64,000 bases of DNA from Azolla caroliniana (GCA_043228905.1 JBHGNT010000020.1:10416001-10480000), one strand, 5' to 3'. Shown: positions 1 to 13,509, counted from the first letter of the stretch. The notes: generated from the sequence alone by a model not told the origin. Numbers and translations: made by a program.

Positions 1-340
1 GTTAACTCTCGTATATTCTCTTGTAATATGTTTGATATATAAGAATAGGGTAATAAAGCTTTTTTTGTAACACATTTCCTTATCTTTGAGCTAGTGGAAA
101 TAAACTCCTTGTTTTTTGTTAATATAGAAACTAGGTATATACCAAAATTGATTGGAACTAAGGCTACACATATTGCATCCAATCCCTCATTTATCTTTTT
201 ATCTAAATTCATATGCTTTAGTTATTTTGAATAAAAGGGTCACAACCCACCTTGTAAAATTCAAAATATAGCCATGCATATTAGCAAAAAGTCAAGGCTC
301 ACTTTAAATGGAGATATATGTAATTAGGAAAGGTTTCAAT

Positions 341-774
341 TAACAATCGGCAATGGTTCGGTTTGGTTTGAGAGGGTCCAAACTGAACTGTTTAGAGATG
401 TTGAAACCTAAACCAAACCAAACCATTTAAAAAAATTCAAACCGTTAAGCCATTAAACTGGTAAAACCGCGGTTTTGTGGTTCGAGTTCGGTTTTCAGCC
501 TAGATCAAATTTTAAAAATTTCCCAATATATGAGAATAAGGCATGAAAATGAAAAGATTATTTTAATATTTTAATTGTTTTTAAAAAATTTTAAAAATAA
601 AAAATAAAAAATAAGAAAACTGTTAAACCGTTTAAACCACGATTTTTAACTGTAGAAATCGAACTGAACCGTTTTAAAAAACCCAAACCTGAACTGAACC
701 GTTTAAAGCATTAAGCCGTTAAGCCGCAATTTCGCGGTTCGGTTCGGTTCAAATTGAACCGTTGCCGATTGTTA
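341..774. mobile_element. hAT-type MITE (non-autonomous)
   Basis: TIRs TAACAATCGGCAATGGTTC (341) and GAACCGTTGCCGATTGTTA (ends 774); 8-bp TSD GTTTCAAT at 333-340 and 775-782; many subterminal AAACCG/GGTTCG motifs; no ORF. Confidence 0.85.
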
Positions 775-1254
775 GTTTCAATGTTAACAAATCAATCGTA
801 ATATTAGATTAAAAGAAGTGTATGTTTATGTGCCCTTTATTTTCTTCAAGAGATAGTGAAACATTGTGTATACCTTTTAATGTGAAATATGTGTTGATGA
901 ATATCATCAATATTTCTAATTTGAAATATATGAGCAAGATTTATTGCTATTGTTTTTTAGTCTATTTCAAAGGGTGACAAATCTATAATTAAATTTAAAT
1001 TGCCTGTAATGAAATAAATGTATATATATACCGGCACACATTTGTGTTTTGACTACATGCACTATGAAATTAGTACCCATGTAGAGACAATGCCAATGCA
1101 TGCTAATATCACCTTAATTTGTGTGAGGGCATATATTCATATGCAAATTTAATTGTTTATATGCTCCATATATATGTGAAAGCAAATGTATGTTTTTTTT
1201 TTGAACAAAATATCCTTCCATTAGTTAAAAAAAAAGGCATATCAACTAGAACCT

Positions 1255-2060
1255 TAAGGAACATCACGCAATCTGGACCTATGCTTTGATTTGTGACCTC
1301 ATGAAAGAGATGAAACACTTCGTCGGGCCTTATCTAAAGATCCAGTGATGCTACAAGCTCTCAATGAGCAAATGAATCACGCAATCTGGACCTATGCTTT
1401 GATTTGTGACCTCATGAAAGAGATGAAACACTTCGTTAGGGCCTTATCGAAAGATCCAGTGATGCTACAAGCTCTCAATGCGCAAATGAAAGTCATGAAG
1501 TTAGGAAAGAGCCCTTCAAGCTGCATCCTTTCTAGACATTTCACGGCCTCTTCACCGTACCCATATTCAACATAACCAGAAATAAGCGAATTCCACGATA
1601 CATTGCCTCTAGCTGATAGTAGTCCGATGACTGGAGTAGCATCTTCAAAAATGCCACGTTTAGCATATGCATAAACTAGAATAGCCACAAGCCAAGGATC
1701 TGAATCAAGTCCCCTTTCAGTGATCTCATTATGGATTTCTTGGCCTCTTCTGATAGTGCTTTTAGGTTTATGCATGCCTTCAAGGTGCAAGTATAGGTCA
1801 CAACATTCGGCAAAGAACCTTGAGATTGCATGTGTGAGAAACATTCCAACACCTCTGTGCCTGCTCCATATTTCGTGTAACCTGTAATAAGAGCATTCCA
1901 GGAGACCACACCTCGACATGGCATCAGATCAAACGTTTTCTTTGCCTCTACAAGAGACCCACATTGGCATACATGTCCACAACAATGCTTCTTACAAAAG
2001 CATCATTTCAATATCAACATGTATTGACTTGCCCTTACCCATGGCTCCAATCCTACCACA
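1255..2060 (-). pseudogene. Pentatricopeptide repeat (PLS-type) pseudogene fragment
   Basis: PPR motifs in two frames (VVSWNALITGYTKYG...PNVVTYTCTLKAC; NVSWNSLISGYVEYGYGEEAVKCLERMQLEGLFPNFMTFICALRAC); frameshifted, intronless, truncated. Confidence 0.8.
1264..1490. repeat. 113-bp tandem duplication at the 3' end of the PPR fragment
   Basis: TCACGCAATCTGGACCTATGC... at 1264 and 1377. Confidence 0.85.
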
Positions 2061-3079
2061 ATTTTGGGATCCTTTTCAAACAAGTATTGCACTCTAGCTA
2101 AGCAAATATAGGTTTTTGTTGTTGTTCTTTCTCTATGTCTATATGCATGTGCATATGGTCCATGGACCATAACTTAGGAGTTATGTAGGCATAGTTTGTA
2201 TGTATTGCCTTGGGTATAACTTACCAGACTTTAAAATTTCTCAAGATCCATCAATAATGGATGACAATGGATATGTCAGCTATAGACTACCTCATCACAT
2301 GCTAGTGTACCTCCATATTCATCTCACAAAATGAGCATGCCAAGAAGGATTTGAACCATGTGTGCGGCGTGCGCATAGACAATGGTGTGTGAATCTGTGA
2401 TCCATATGCATTTAAGAGAACAATGCATTTTCCCAAGATTGAAATGGGATGGATGACAACGAACATGATTGTACCAAGGCTCATCACATGCCAAGGTACT
2501 TCCATATATTCACATACTCCTATGTCGAAATGAAAGATAGGAGGTATTTCATGCCAAGAAGGAATCGAACCGTGTGTGCTTAGACGGTGCTTGTAATTTA
2601 GAAGTTATAAGCATTTTTGGTAAAGTGCATTTTCCAAGATTGATAAGTGATGGATCATGACAGTGAACATGACTGGCCACATTATTCCTCCTCGTCACCA
2701 TGTTACCGATGATAGAAAATGACCAGTGATGGATGTTTCGTACGCATCCCCATGAAAAGCATACCAATAAGGATTAAGAACCATGAGTGCTTCTAAGTTT
2801 GTATAGTGAGTGGTTGTGGTTGTCTAGTCAAACCCTTGGCTTTGATTAATTACCACATATATATACATAGTTCTCTCAATTACAATTTCAAGTTATTACA
2901 ATTCTCTCACTCTTTCCTATAAATGTCCACTCAACTAAGTTGTGCTTCTCTCTCTCAATCTCATTATAAACTAAAAATTACAACTACCTAGTTATGATGA
3001 CTGGATAAATGCTCATTTTGTTGTAAACCAATTGTCTCATGGGCCAACTTTGGCCTTAGAAGATGTTAATATATCTTTA

Positions 3080-3384
3080 TTTCTCTCTCTCTCTCTCTCT
3101 CTCTATGTATATACATATATACATAATACATGTACGTCTATAGATAGCTAGAGAGAGAGATGTTAATATCATTCCGCAACTACTTCAAAGTTAGCTCACT
3201 CTCTAGATAGACTTGCCATTCACAACTACTTAGAAGTCAAACTCTCTCTAGAGCTTTAGTCACAAGTTCAACTACTTACACCCTAGTTCTCTCTCTCTCT
3301 CTCTCTCTCCCCCTTCATACATACATACATACATACATACATACAACATGCATACATACATACACACACACACACATACATACA

Positions 3385-3418
<34 letters not shown>

Positions 3419-3603
3419 CATACATACATACATATGTACATACATACAGGTGAGACTTGAGAGTGAGACAATGATGTGATGAGAAAGAAAAGTAAAGAAA
3501 GATACATACACATCCATTAACTCATTTTAGTAAAACCGTGTTGGGAGGGCTAACACGTGCAGATTTCTGTTTTATTCAAAGAAAAGAAAGAAGAATGAGT
3601 GAG

Positions 3604-3661
<58 letters not shown>

Positions 3662-3741
3662 CCTACCCTACCTTCCCTTCTTCTACCAACAAAACAGAAA
3701 AAATAGAAATAAAATGAAGTAGGAGGGAGCACACTCATAAT

Positions 3742-3829
<88 letters not shown>

Positions 3830-3930
3830 CTCTCTCTACATACGTGCACATATTCTCCCTCCCTCCTCTCTTTCTCTACATACACACACACTCTCCCTCT
3901 CTCTCTCTACACACACACAAACTCTCTCTC

Positions 3931-3961
<31 letters not shown>

Positions 3962-3973
3962 TCTCTCTCTCTC

Positions 3974-4012
<39 letters not shown>

Positions 4013-4335
4013 TCACATGCACTACACAACATTATTTAGTACCCAAAGTGCCCTATAGCCACCCCTCCCCCCCCCCCCCCCCCCCCCCAACACACACACA
4101 ACCTCCTCTCTCTCTCACACTCTCTCCATACTCCACATACTACACACACCTCTTTTTTGCCCTTCACCATGTTGTTGCCCAAGAGCCTTTGTGGCATTGC
4201 TCTCATAGCCTTGCTCTCCATGGTAAGTTAGTGTATTATGCATAAGATTCAAATTACAACACTATCTGCATTCATGCACCATTGGTTTCCTAGGTGTTCA
4301 CAAGGATTCATATATATATATATATATATTTATAT
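3080..4335. repeat. Dense compound microsatellite field: (CT)n, (CATA)n, (GA)n, (CA)n, poly-C, (TA)n
   Basis: Directly visible simple repeats upstream of and within the GASA gene. Confidence 0.95.
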
Positions 4336-5249
4336 GAGGATCAAATCAAATGCTGTTTTTCATGCATCTTATGAATTCCTGTGAACTTGAATGAATGGAA
4401 ATGCTTGGTTTTTTTGTTTTGGGTTCTTCCATTTCTGGACTGTATTGATGCAAAACTCGTCCATTTCTTCTTGAGTGTGAAGAAGTTCATTCTATTCATG
4501 CAATGTGAAGTGGACTTCTTTAGCATGGATGTGGAAAGAACAGTTTTTTTTTTCTCTTTTCTTCTTCCAGTTTATTGCATGTATTCATTCATTCTTTATT
4601 GAGCATGAAGCCCATAATGCTATACATTGCCATGGATTTACCTCATGTTGGTTGGTTGGTTGGTCAATGTCCTTAATAGGAATATCAAGTTTAGAACCAC
4701 ATTAGAGTAATGTGTTAATGCCTTTACCAAGTTGTATGTATGATTGTCATGGCATGTTTTGATTTGCAAATGTTTTGTCTCTATATATATGTACAGGTGC
4801 TTATTGTATCGGCTCAAGAGGACATCTCACGAAGAATTCTTCCTAGCATCGGTAAGTGCTATTAGTACATTTTGCATTGTCACGTTGTGGTTAAAACTTG
4901 AGATTATTGTTTGGGATAACAATGGCATGGTTTTATTGGTTACATTTAAACTTGAGATTATTGTTTGGGATAACAATGGCATGGTTTTATTGGTTACATT
5001 TAAACTTGAGATTATTGTTTGGGCTAACAATGGCATGGTTTTTGTTGGTTACATTTCCGTTCTCTAGATTGTGGGAGTGCATGTGCATATCGTTGTAGCA
5101 AAGCAAGTCGCGCGAAGCTTTGCCTCAAGGATTGCAACATTTGTTGTCGCAAATGCAATTGCGTACCCCCGGGCACAGCCGGCAATCGGGAAGTTTGTCC
5201 TTGCTATGCAAACCTAAAGAACTCAAAGGGCACAGGGAAATGCCCCTAG
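4169..5249 (+). CDS. GASA: GASA/Snakin family secreted cysteine-rich peptide, 96 aa; exons 4169-4222, 4797-4851, 5068-5249
   Basis: GT-AG introns in phase; translation [96 protein letters not shown] gives a signal peptide plus the 12-Cys GASA domain ending KCP; missed by the ORF track. Confidence 0.93.
4893..5056. repeat. 54-bp tandem repeat x3 in GASA intron 2
   Basis: AAACTTGAGATTATTGTTTGGGATAACAATGGCATGG... recurs with a 54-bp period. Confidence 0.9.
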
Positions 5250-7146
5250 GCCTTTTGATAGTTTTGAAGTTCCACACTACATGCTACAAACATTGGTTCT
5301 CCACTTAATAACAAGTGAAAACAAATAGTCACTATGTGCAACATCCATGGATGTTTTAGTTGAAGCTCTTTTTGTTTACTTTTGTTGAGAAATATACTTG
5401 TTTGTCTTCTCATAACATTGCTCCAATCATTGCTCGAAAACCAATCTCAATAAAGTTGACGTTAAATGCTATTTTGCGGCGATTGAACACGATCATTGGG
5501 CATGAATTGCACTACATGAAATTGATTGCATTCATTTGCGCAATTCATTTATTTCGCCTGAAACAATGTGTTAAAGGGAACTAGAGAAGGTCGAATCGTA
5601 TTAAACAACTCTATTAACATCACATTGACGGGGTCAACTATGAATACTTACACATGTGAAAACTTAAACATATTTGTGAGCTCAAATGATCTATGTATAT
5701 CATAAAGATATGGTAGGCCTTGGGAATCTTCAACTAATGCAATGCTACACACAAAAAAGCCTTTCAAATATTATGCAATCATGAAACCCTTTAATGCTTA
5801 ATATTTTTCAAATATTCTTTTGAGTACATATATCCTCTTTTCCTTGAGCTTGTTGAAGATGCTTTGGTGAAGCATTAAATGCTTTCTTGTGCTACAAAGG
5901 TAAGCAATTTTCCTTTCTTGACCAAACAATGCAATAAAATGCATAATTGTTGTGGAGATGTTTTTGTTTCTTGAACAAGCCATATTATTTGCAAAATTGT
6001 TTCGGTCTCATACGTGACAATAACACACTTACTTCGTCTCCCATGTAATGACTTCCTCTTTGTTTCTCCCTCTGATCTTTGCAGTACTTGCATGTGAAGC
6101 ATTGTTTCACCATGTTTGAATATAGACCTTTATTGTAATATTTAAATTACAATTGCAACTCTACTCCCCTTTTCTAGTTGCCTTCATAAACTATTTGAAA
6201 TCTAGATCAAGCACGTTCATCTTATTATGTTTCTTTGCCTCTACTGGTCTACTATGGTCCACCCCAATGGCCCTTCATTACCACAACGCCATCATAACAA
6301 CTTTATTGGCTCATCTATTGAACTACCCCAATTCATGTAAGGCTATATACCATTATCCACCTCACAAGATTCACGTTTTTCGATGTCATATAGACAATAT
6401 GTTAGCATCATCAACATCTATGTGTTAATTTAGGTTTAATTGAGAGAAATTTTTTACCAAAAAAACAAAGGTATTTCTTATAATGAACACAATCAAACCG
6501 ACCATTCGAGACTTTAATTGACAATGAAACTTCAAACATGTGTTATAGACCACCTCTGTTCAAGAGTATCTTGAAGCAAAGTAATGAAACATTATTTTAT
6601 GCATGAAAGACATAGCAAACAAAATTTTCTGATGTAGTTCAAAGTTTCATGGCTTAGAGCAAGAAGGTGATTAAGTTAGTCTTGCTTTGGATTTGCACCA
6701 AGGTACCCTCCTTGCCTTGCCAAGTCTACCTACATTGTTGTTGCACATTAGTTAGATTGGGTGCCTCAAAAGAATTCAATAATGTACACATTGCAAAATT
6801 AATCCAAATGTTTTTGAACAGAATGATGACTACATCATGTTTGTAACAAATATATTAGCTCATTGAACACCATTTGAATTATGTACAATGAGAAACTAAA
6901 GCTTAGGCATTTGTAGAATCTTGTGCAATGCAAACACACACACACGTCCCAAAAGGAATTATGAAATGATTTGTATGATCATGTGATCAAAACTATTTGT
7001 GGTCTGTGATGCTTCACATGGACAAAAGATGAAGACTTGGAACTAGCAAAGCCAAAAATTTCCACATGTGCTTTGTTACATCAATGAGCAAAATGTCTTG
7101 CAATCAACACGACATAACTGTGAATAGTGGAATAGAATATACCATG

Positions 7147-7370
7147 TTTTTTTTTGCTAAAACGAATATCCTTCATTTAGTTAAGAAAAGCCATATCTGC
7201 CACAACATAGAATTTAGGTGGAAATGAAGCCACAATACTTCCAAAACCCACTTGTTGAAAGTCAATGACTAGGCATAGATCCTTCCCATAAACGGGTTAA
7301 GGAGATGAATCTATATACATCCAAAGAAGCGGAGAACAACCAACAAGGGGGAGAAAAATACTAGACCATC
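7147..7370 (-). mobile_element. Short LINE/SINE-type 3' tail fragment
   Basis: Poly-T followed by ATATCCTTCATTTAGTTAAG, similar to 1192-1250 and to the reverse complement of the LINE 3' end at about 20430-20470. Confidence 0.4.
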
Positions 7371-7815
7371 TTACCATCTACCAATTGAAAAATCGAATGA
7401 TAATTGATTCGGCCAATAGCCGAATCGGTCGAAATCGATTCGGAGGCTATATTTGTAAATAAACATAACTATTGTATTTGTATATATACATCTAGGGCAA
7501 TCATGATGAGTGTGGTTCATTTTGTAATAGTTGTAGGTGGTAGTTGCCTCTGTAACTAAGTGAAGGAGTAAGAGAGCGAGGGTGAGTAACTTCTCCATAG
7601 CCGTCTGTCAGACGAAGGAGAACTAGAAGGGTCGTGCCTTGCTGGTTTCTTATTGTATCCCTCTTCTCCTATAGTGATATAGTTCGGAGTTCGTTGACTC
7701 CCGTGGTTTTTCCCTTTCGGGTTTTCCACGTTGTCGTAGTGTACACTACGATAATATGTGTAGAGTTCCTGATTGACTAAGTATAAAGAGATAGGAGAGA
7801 ATACTAAAATAGTTA

Positions 7816-8598
7816 TGTTACGTGCACAGGGTAGGATTTGAACCCTGTATCTCCATTTTAACAATTTCAAGCCTTACCATTGTACTAGCACATTATCAAC
7901 ATTAAAGTTATAAATTCTGTTATACAAAGATCATCCCACGTGATAAGCATGAAAGAAAAGTTGTTCATGCATAAACACTTGAGTTAAAAGAAAAAGCATG
8001 ATAAAGAAAGTTATTCATGTACATCTAGTGTGCATGAACACTTGAGTTTAAAAGAAAAAAGTATGATAGAAAAAGCCAACACATCTAGTGTGCATGAACA
8101 CTAGAGTTAGAGAAAAAACATCATGCTTGCATGTAGTAATATATACTTAGTCTCTCCCATCACTATATAAGGATGGGGAAGCAAATTGTAAGGGGTGGTT
8201 GTTGATTTTTCTTCATAAGGGTTGATTAATATATTATACTCGTGGGATTCACGAAGTTTTCTATCTATTACTCTCTTTCAATCTAAATTCATATTCTTTT
8301 CTAAGTATCAATTAAAACACTATACTCATGGAATTCACGAGTTTCCTATCTCTCTTTCTTGCAATCTATTCATAATTAGACTCATTTCAAATTCATCCTC
8401 CTCCTAGTCCAAAACCCCAGCGGTTCCCACCTGACTAATGCAACGATCCAGCACCGAAAGGCACGACAACGTAAAACATTTTCTGTATCTGTTCTTTGTT
8501 TTTCTGATTTGTTTGTGTACTGTCGACTTTGTCATCCTTGATCTTTGCACCCGCATACGCACGAATATAAACTGGTTGTGGTTTGTCGATTCTCAACA
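7816..8598 (+). mobile_element. Possible LTR-derived fragment
   Basis: Starts TGTTA and ends CAACA; TATA-like CTATAA at about 8165; internal direct repeats; no TSD found. Confidence 0.3.
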
Positions 8599-9158
8599 GA
8601 AATGAAGCCTCATAGTCTCATAATCACAAAAATTCTCAAAAGCCTACTCCCAAAAACAATGATGAATCAATTATTGTGATTGGCAAACTTGACAAACGAC
8701 TTGAGCATGACATAACCACAAAAACATAACATGGTCTTGCAATCAACAAACTCATCATAATCATCATTGTTGTCGACAATGTACATTAACAAAAAAATGA
8801 GTAACATTAGACCATCAAATATACCAAGATCCATTGATATTCAAATTGTTCAGTGCATCAAGATGCATGAAAGATTTGATGAATGTGATTATGAAGATGA
8901 GATGATAACTCTCCAAAGATAAAGATAAGAGTGATATTCATATTGGACTAATGGCAACAACCTCAAAATTACAAGTATCAAGTTAATCCAATCACCAAGT
9001 GTGAACAACACGTTTGTGTTCACAAGTGGAAGGATAAGGGAAATTTTGGTTGATTTTAGGGCTTTTTCAATGATTTTACAAAAAACATTGATACTAGTAT
9101 CATACATGTTCAAACATACTATGAAAAAGGTTAAAAATCCACTATTTTCGTGATTTAG

Positions 9159-9623
9159 TGTTGTGAATCAAGCTCAACATAGCACAACGTGTGAACACAC
9201 CTTTTGAGAATCTATAATTACTCAAAGGTCAAGAGTCACACCACTACTCTCTACACATTAACTATGTGTCATAGAATCATATTCTATGACACATAACTAA
9301 TGAGTTACATATTCCCTATGACTATGAGTCTTCACATTCCCCAAGAGAGAGAGTGGTTGTTGTAAAGTTAATGAAGAGAGAGGGTGACTCTATATAAAGC
9401 ACCCTCCTCATACTTCATACTAAGTTGGTTGTGACTCCTTGTTATGCTACATTTTGTAAATCTCATTCTACTTGTGAAATATACACATCCTTCTTGAGTA
9501 TTCTATTTTCCTATCATTTATCTATCTTGAGTTCTCTTTTCTCTCCACTCTTCTTCTCTCACACATATACGCACATAACACACATCTATTACGCTACACA
9601 AGAATCATACCCGATTCTTTACA
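9159..9623 (+). mobile_element. Solo LTR (465 bp)
   Basis: TGTTGTGAATC...GATTCTTTACA termini; 5-bp TSD TTTAG at 9154-9158 and 9624-9628; TATATAAA at about 9391. Confidence 0.8.
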
Positions 9624-9825
9624 TTTAGAAGTAAATAAATAAAGAGGAATTTCAAAAAGGTACCTTCTCAATTTATATCACAAACTTTACAACCAATGTT
9701 ATTTGATAAGAAACGATTTTTTAGAAATCATAAGAATTCAAAACACATGCTTTTATATTACTCGATTTGTTACAAGCGGAATGTAGTTACACTTAATAGC
9801 CAAAAATACATTCATGATCACTCCT

Positions 9826-12610
9826 TTACGGAGAATCACTACTATAACTAATATACAATGACGATTCCTCCTCGTCATCCTCGGATGTACCAATCAATGC
9901 ATTATCTTCGTCATAAACCAAATGGTTTGACTCTAGATTATATGTAGTAGATCTCGTTTGCCTTTGACTCGAGCCACCTTGTAGACTTCGTAATTTTTCT
10001 TTTATTATATCTATTGTTGACTTCCTTAATCGTTCGGCTTTTGTAAACGTGAAGTCGTACACGATGATATCCACATAAGAGATATCAAGGGTCGAGGTGT
10101 TACAAATGTTTCGCTTGCTTCCTACCTCCCCTTGTTGTTGGGCATTCAATCATCTCTAATGTATACTTACCCGTAAAAGCATTTGCACTTCCAATGTTGT
10201 ACCAATGAACGTTTATAGACTTGATCGTGTTTTCTATTTCATGCATTAACACTTCTAGAATTTTACCAACCCAAAATTGGTGGCCATGTGAGTTCTCATC
10301 AGCCGGCGTTGCAATCAACATCCCCGCTGTGAGCTCTTGCAAATTGCCTTGCCATCTAGCTTCGGCTGCTTTGGTCATCCTTGGTCCCACATAAATGTCT
10401 CTTTGTTGTGGATGGACCAAACTGTCATTAATCACATTTGTTGGTTGCTCCGTAGTTTTATTTACACGATCATGTTGCAACGACCATGTGAATGGCGTTT
10501 CCAAATTCCAATTATCACCAAATACACAATTGTCTATAATTCCTTTCTAATCACTATAAAATACATCCCACCATGACGTGTCTTGTTGTGCGGCATATTT
10601 CTTGGCGGCCTCAATATGCTTTCTTTTTTCTTCTAAGGCTTGGAGCCATAACCGTTTTTGTTCCGATACCAAGTCACTATGCAACTGTCCTTTCTTCTCA
10701 ATTGGCATTTGCTTAGCTCCATGGACAATTGTACTCGGTATACAAAGTAATAACTGGCAACCACCTTCAGGTTCCCATGTTGTAGAAGATGAATATTGTT
10801 TAGCATACAAAAGCATAAAACCACTTATTTCATTTTTCTTTATCATAAAAATGTGATTGAAGCTTATATTGTTTAACTGGGCGATCACTTTAACATTCCC
10901 AACACCCCCATATGATATATATCTCTTAAAGTCATATACCTCCTTCAAGTGTAACACTTTTGGGCGTGGTGTATATGCATCACAAACGACATCAAATAGT
11001 TTAGGTAATGTGAAAGCATCATGCCGAGACATCTGTCTGGAGAATGTGCTAAACATCTGATCTATATGATCATGTGTGTGGCCAACCAAAAGAAAATTGA
11101 CTTTCACTTTTCTAAACAATCCTTGGTTGACCAACATACTTAGATAGCCAAACACAATTGAATTTTTGTTCTCTCTAGCAGTATTGTCCAATTGAATGTA
11201 TAGAACAAGGGGGAAAGGTTGGCCCCAAGACATCAAAACTCGGTGAATCACTGTAACTATTAGGTTAGGGTCATTGTGAACATTGGGGTATGTAATGAAG
11301 ACGTGAGGTCCAACTGACCTATTATAAGCCAAGCATCCCACCAAGTGCATTTGAACAAGGCACTCATCATTGACGTCTTTGGGGAGCCTCTGCATATGCG
11401 GCAAGCACGTCTTCTTCTGGTCAATGCCATCTATCATTAAGCACATGTATTGTTCGGGCCTCTTCAAACACTTCTCTCTATGATGCATTGCCTTCTTTCG
11501 TTCTAACGATTGTGCCTCACGATGCTCTTGTAGTAACTTCTTACTCATATCCTTTTCCATTGATGTCTTTGCACCTTTAGCCAAACTTTTAAGATTTGCA
11601 CAAATAGAGCAATACCCCATGCGTACTTTACGTGGAATGATAACATTTGAAAACCGAGCTCTCCATAATCTTGTGAATTGGCTATATGTGACAGACTTAT
11701 TACGTGAGCCCACCATATCAGATCGATAGACATCATAAAATTCCTGATGTGTGTAATTATCAGAGAGGTGCATCCTACCTGTAGTGGGCATTACTTCACA
11801 ATTTAACTGAAAGTAACTTTTCATCCAACCAATAGCATGTCTTCCAATTGCACCTTTCATACTTGGAACCTCTTTACAATTGAGCACCTGATCCCCGCTA
11901 AGTAGACGTTGTTGTACTCTATGTAGCCGCATGTTACTAACACATAACGCAATTTTGAATGCAACTCTACATATCTGTTGCGCATGGAAGATATAATACT
12001 CGAATGATACTTTGATCCCCGTACATTTGTCAGACACTAGTTGCATATGTGACCCGAGGTAAGTGTTTTGCTCATCACTAGTCATCGAAAAATAGTATCG
12101 CCTTAATTCTCGCAACTTTGATTTTCCAATCATAGACATACAACCACGGGCACAACATATTTTTTTGACATCAAATCCAATCTGTTTATCTGATGTCACC
12201 AAGTTAAATCTAGCCAGACGAATTCTTCGTGGGATTCTTCTAATGTGCATAGGGCTTCCAGATTTCTCTTCCTGCATAGAAGTTGGTGTAACCTTGTTAC
12301 TATCCAATTCTTTGTTGTGACCATCGCCCATGATATTCGATGTTCCATTGGCACTACCTTCTTTCTTTGTATCTTTATTAATATCGTATTCTTCAATAGA
12401 GAACTCTTCACATGTGTCATTATTCACATTCGTTGTAGGTGAAGATGAGCTCAGACAATACTCTTCGATAGAATATGGTGAGTCTGTTGACATACAATAT
12501 TCTTCAATAGAAAATGGTGAGTCTGTCGACAAACAATACTCTTCGGTAGAAAACGAAGAGTTTGATGACAAACAATATTCTTCAATTGAGAACGACGAAT
12601 CTTCACTCAT
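9826..12610 (-). pseudogene. Sola-like (DUF7869-type) DDD transposase with putative C-terminal BAH-like domain; one in-frame stop (10547) and a frameshift (about 10120)
   Basis: Motifs LMIDGIDQKK, LYIQLDNTARENKN, FLLVGHTHDHIDQMFS; Cys-rich CCARGC, VAFKIAL and CSIC segments; ORF 10100-10504 is in the same frame beyond a single TAG. Confidence 0.75.
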
Positions 12611-13434
12611 GGCTTAAGGTCCACACAGAGCTCTTTAAGTTATGTGCTTAGGCTAACATAAAAAACTGATAAGCTCCTCTCTAAACATATACTCCTCTCT
12701 AAACATAAACTCCTCTCTAAACAGAAGCTCGCTCAATATAATATCTATATTATTTAATATTATATTAATACAATACATAAAGATATTATTTTTAATATAA
12801 TAATTGTATTCAACATATTAATAATTACTTAAACTAGTCTGTATAAGGTTAAATAAAGTATAATATAATTACAATCATTACCAAGCCATATATATGATGG
12901 ATTAAAGTTAAAATGATTGGGTAATTAATGGCACCCATATTTAATATAGAACTTCTCAGTCATTGGTTCATTCATGCCCACCATTTTAAATATAAGACTT
13001 TTCAATCATTTGTTCATTCATGCCCACATCTTTAATACAAAGCAATTAAGAGTCATAAAAATGTTGCTTTGAGTAATCAATCATTGGTTCATTCATGAAC
13101 CTCTATCATTGTTTCCTTCATGACCTTCAAAGTCATTGTATGTTATTTTGACTATAAAATAATCATCAATATGTTAGTTTGACTTTGTAATCATTGATGC
13201 AATCATAAGTAACTCTGGTTAAAGTGACTGTGGTTACTAACTAACTAACCTCAAGCTTGCCAACCCTGGTTAAAGTGACTGTGGTTACTTTAACCATTGT
13301 GGTCAATCCCAATAAATAGGAAGACCTCGTCATATTTCAATCACATGAAGCACAAGAGCACATAGAGCAAACAAAGCACATAGAGCACGAAGCACGAAAG
13401 CGAGATCTCCGCCTAAACATCGACAAGATCAACC
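12611..13434. promoter_or_regulatory. Putative bidirectional promoter between the transposase and the ParB-MTase gene
   Basis: Divergent ATGs at 12610 (-) and 13435 (+); AT-rich core; repeated motifs CTCCTCTCTAAACA x3, TCATTGGTTCATTCATG x3, CTGGTTAAAGTGACTGTGGTTACT x2; AATAAATA at 13311. Confidence 0.5.
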
Positions 13435-13509
13435 ATGTCTTCAAAGAAAATCGAGCGCCAAGACTCTAGGTAAACCTTTGACATTGTGGACATTTTTGTA
13501 AATATGTTT

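Noticed and set aside
3272-4245. ORFs such as MYVCMYVC... and HTHTHT...
   Set aside because: Translations of microsatellites.
5800-6900. Possible degraded transposase or other coding remnant
   Set aside because: No motif I can recognise with confidence.
7830-7850. tRNA gene (B-box-like GGGTTCAAATCC on the minus strand)
   Set aside because: No cloverleaf or acceptor stem; an isolated motif inside repeat DNA.
8600-9150. Left terminus of the Sola-like element
   Set aside because: No inverted match to 24200-25596 found by eye; the ends remain undefined.
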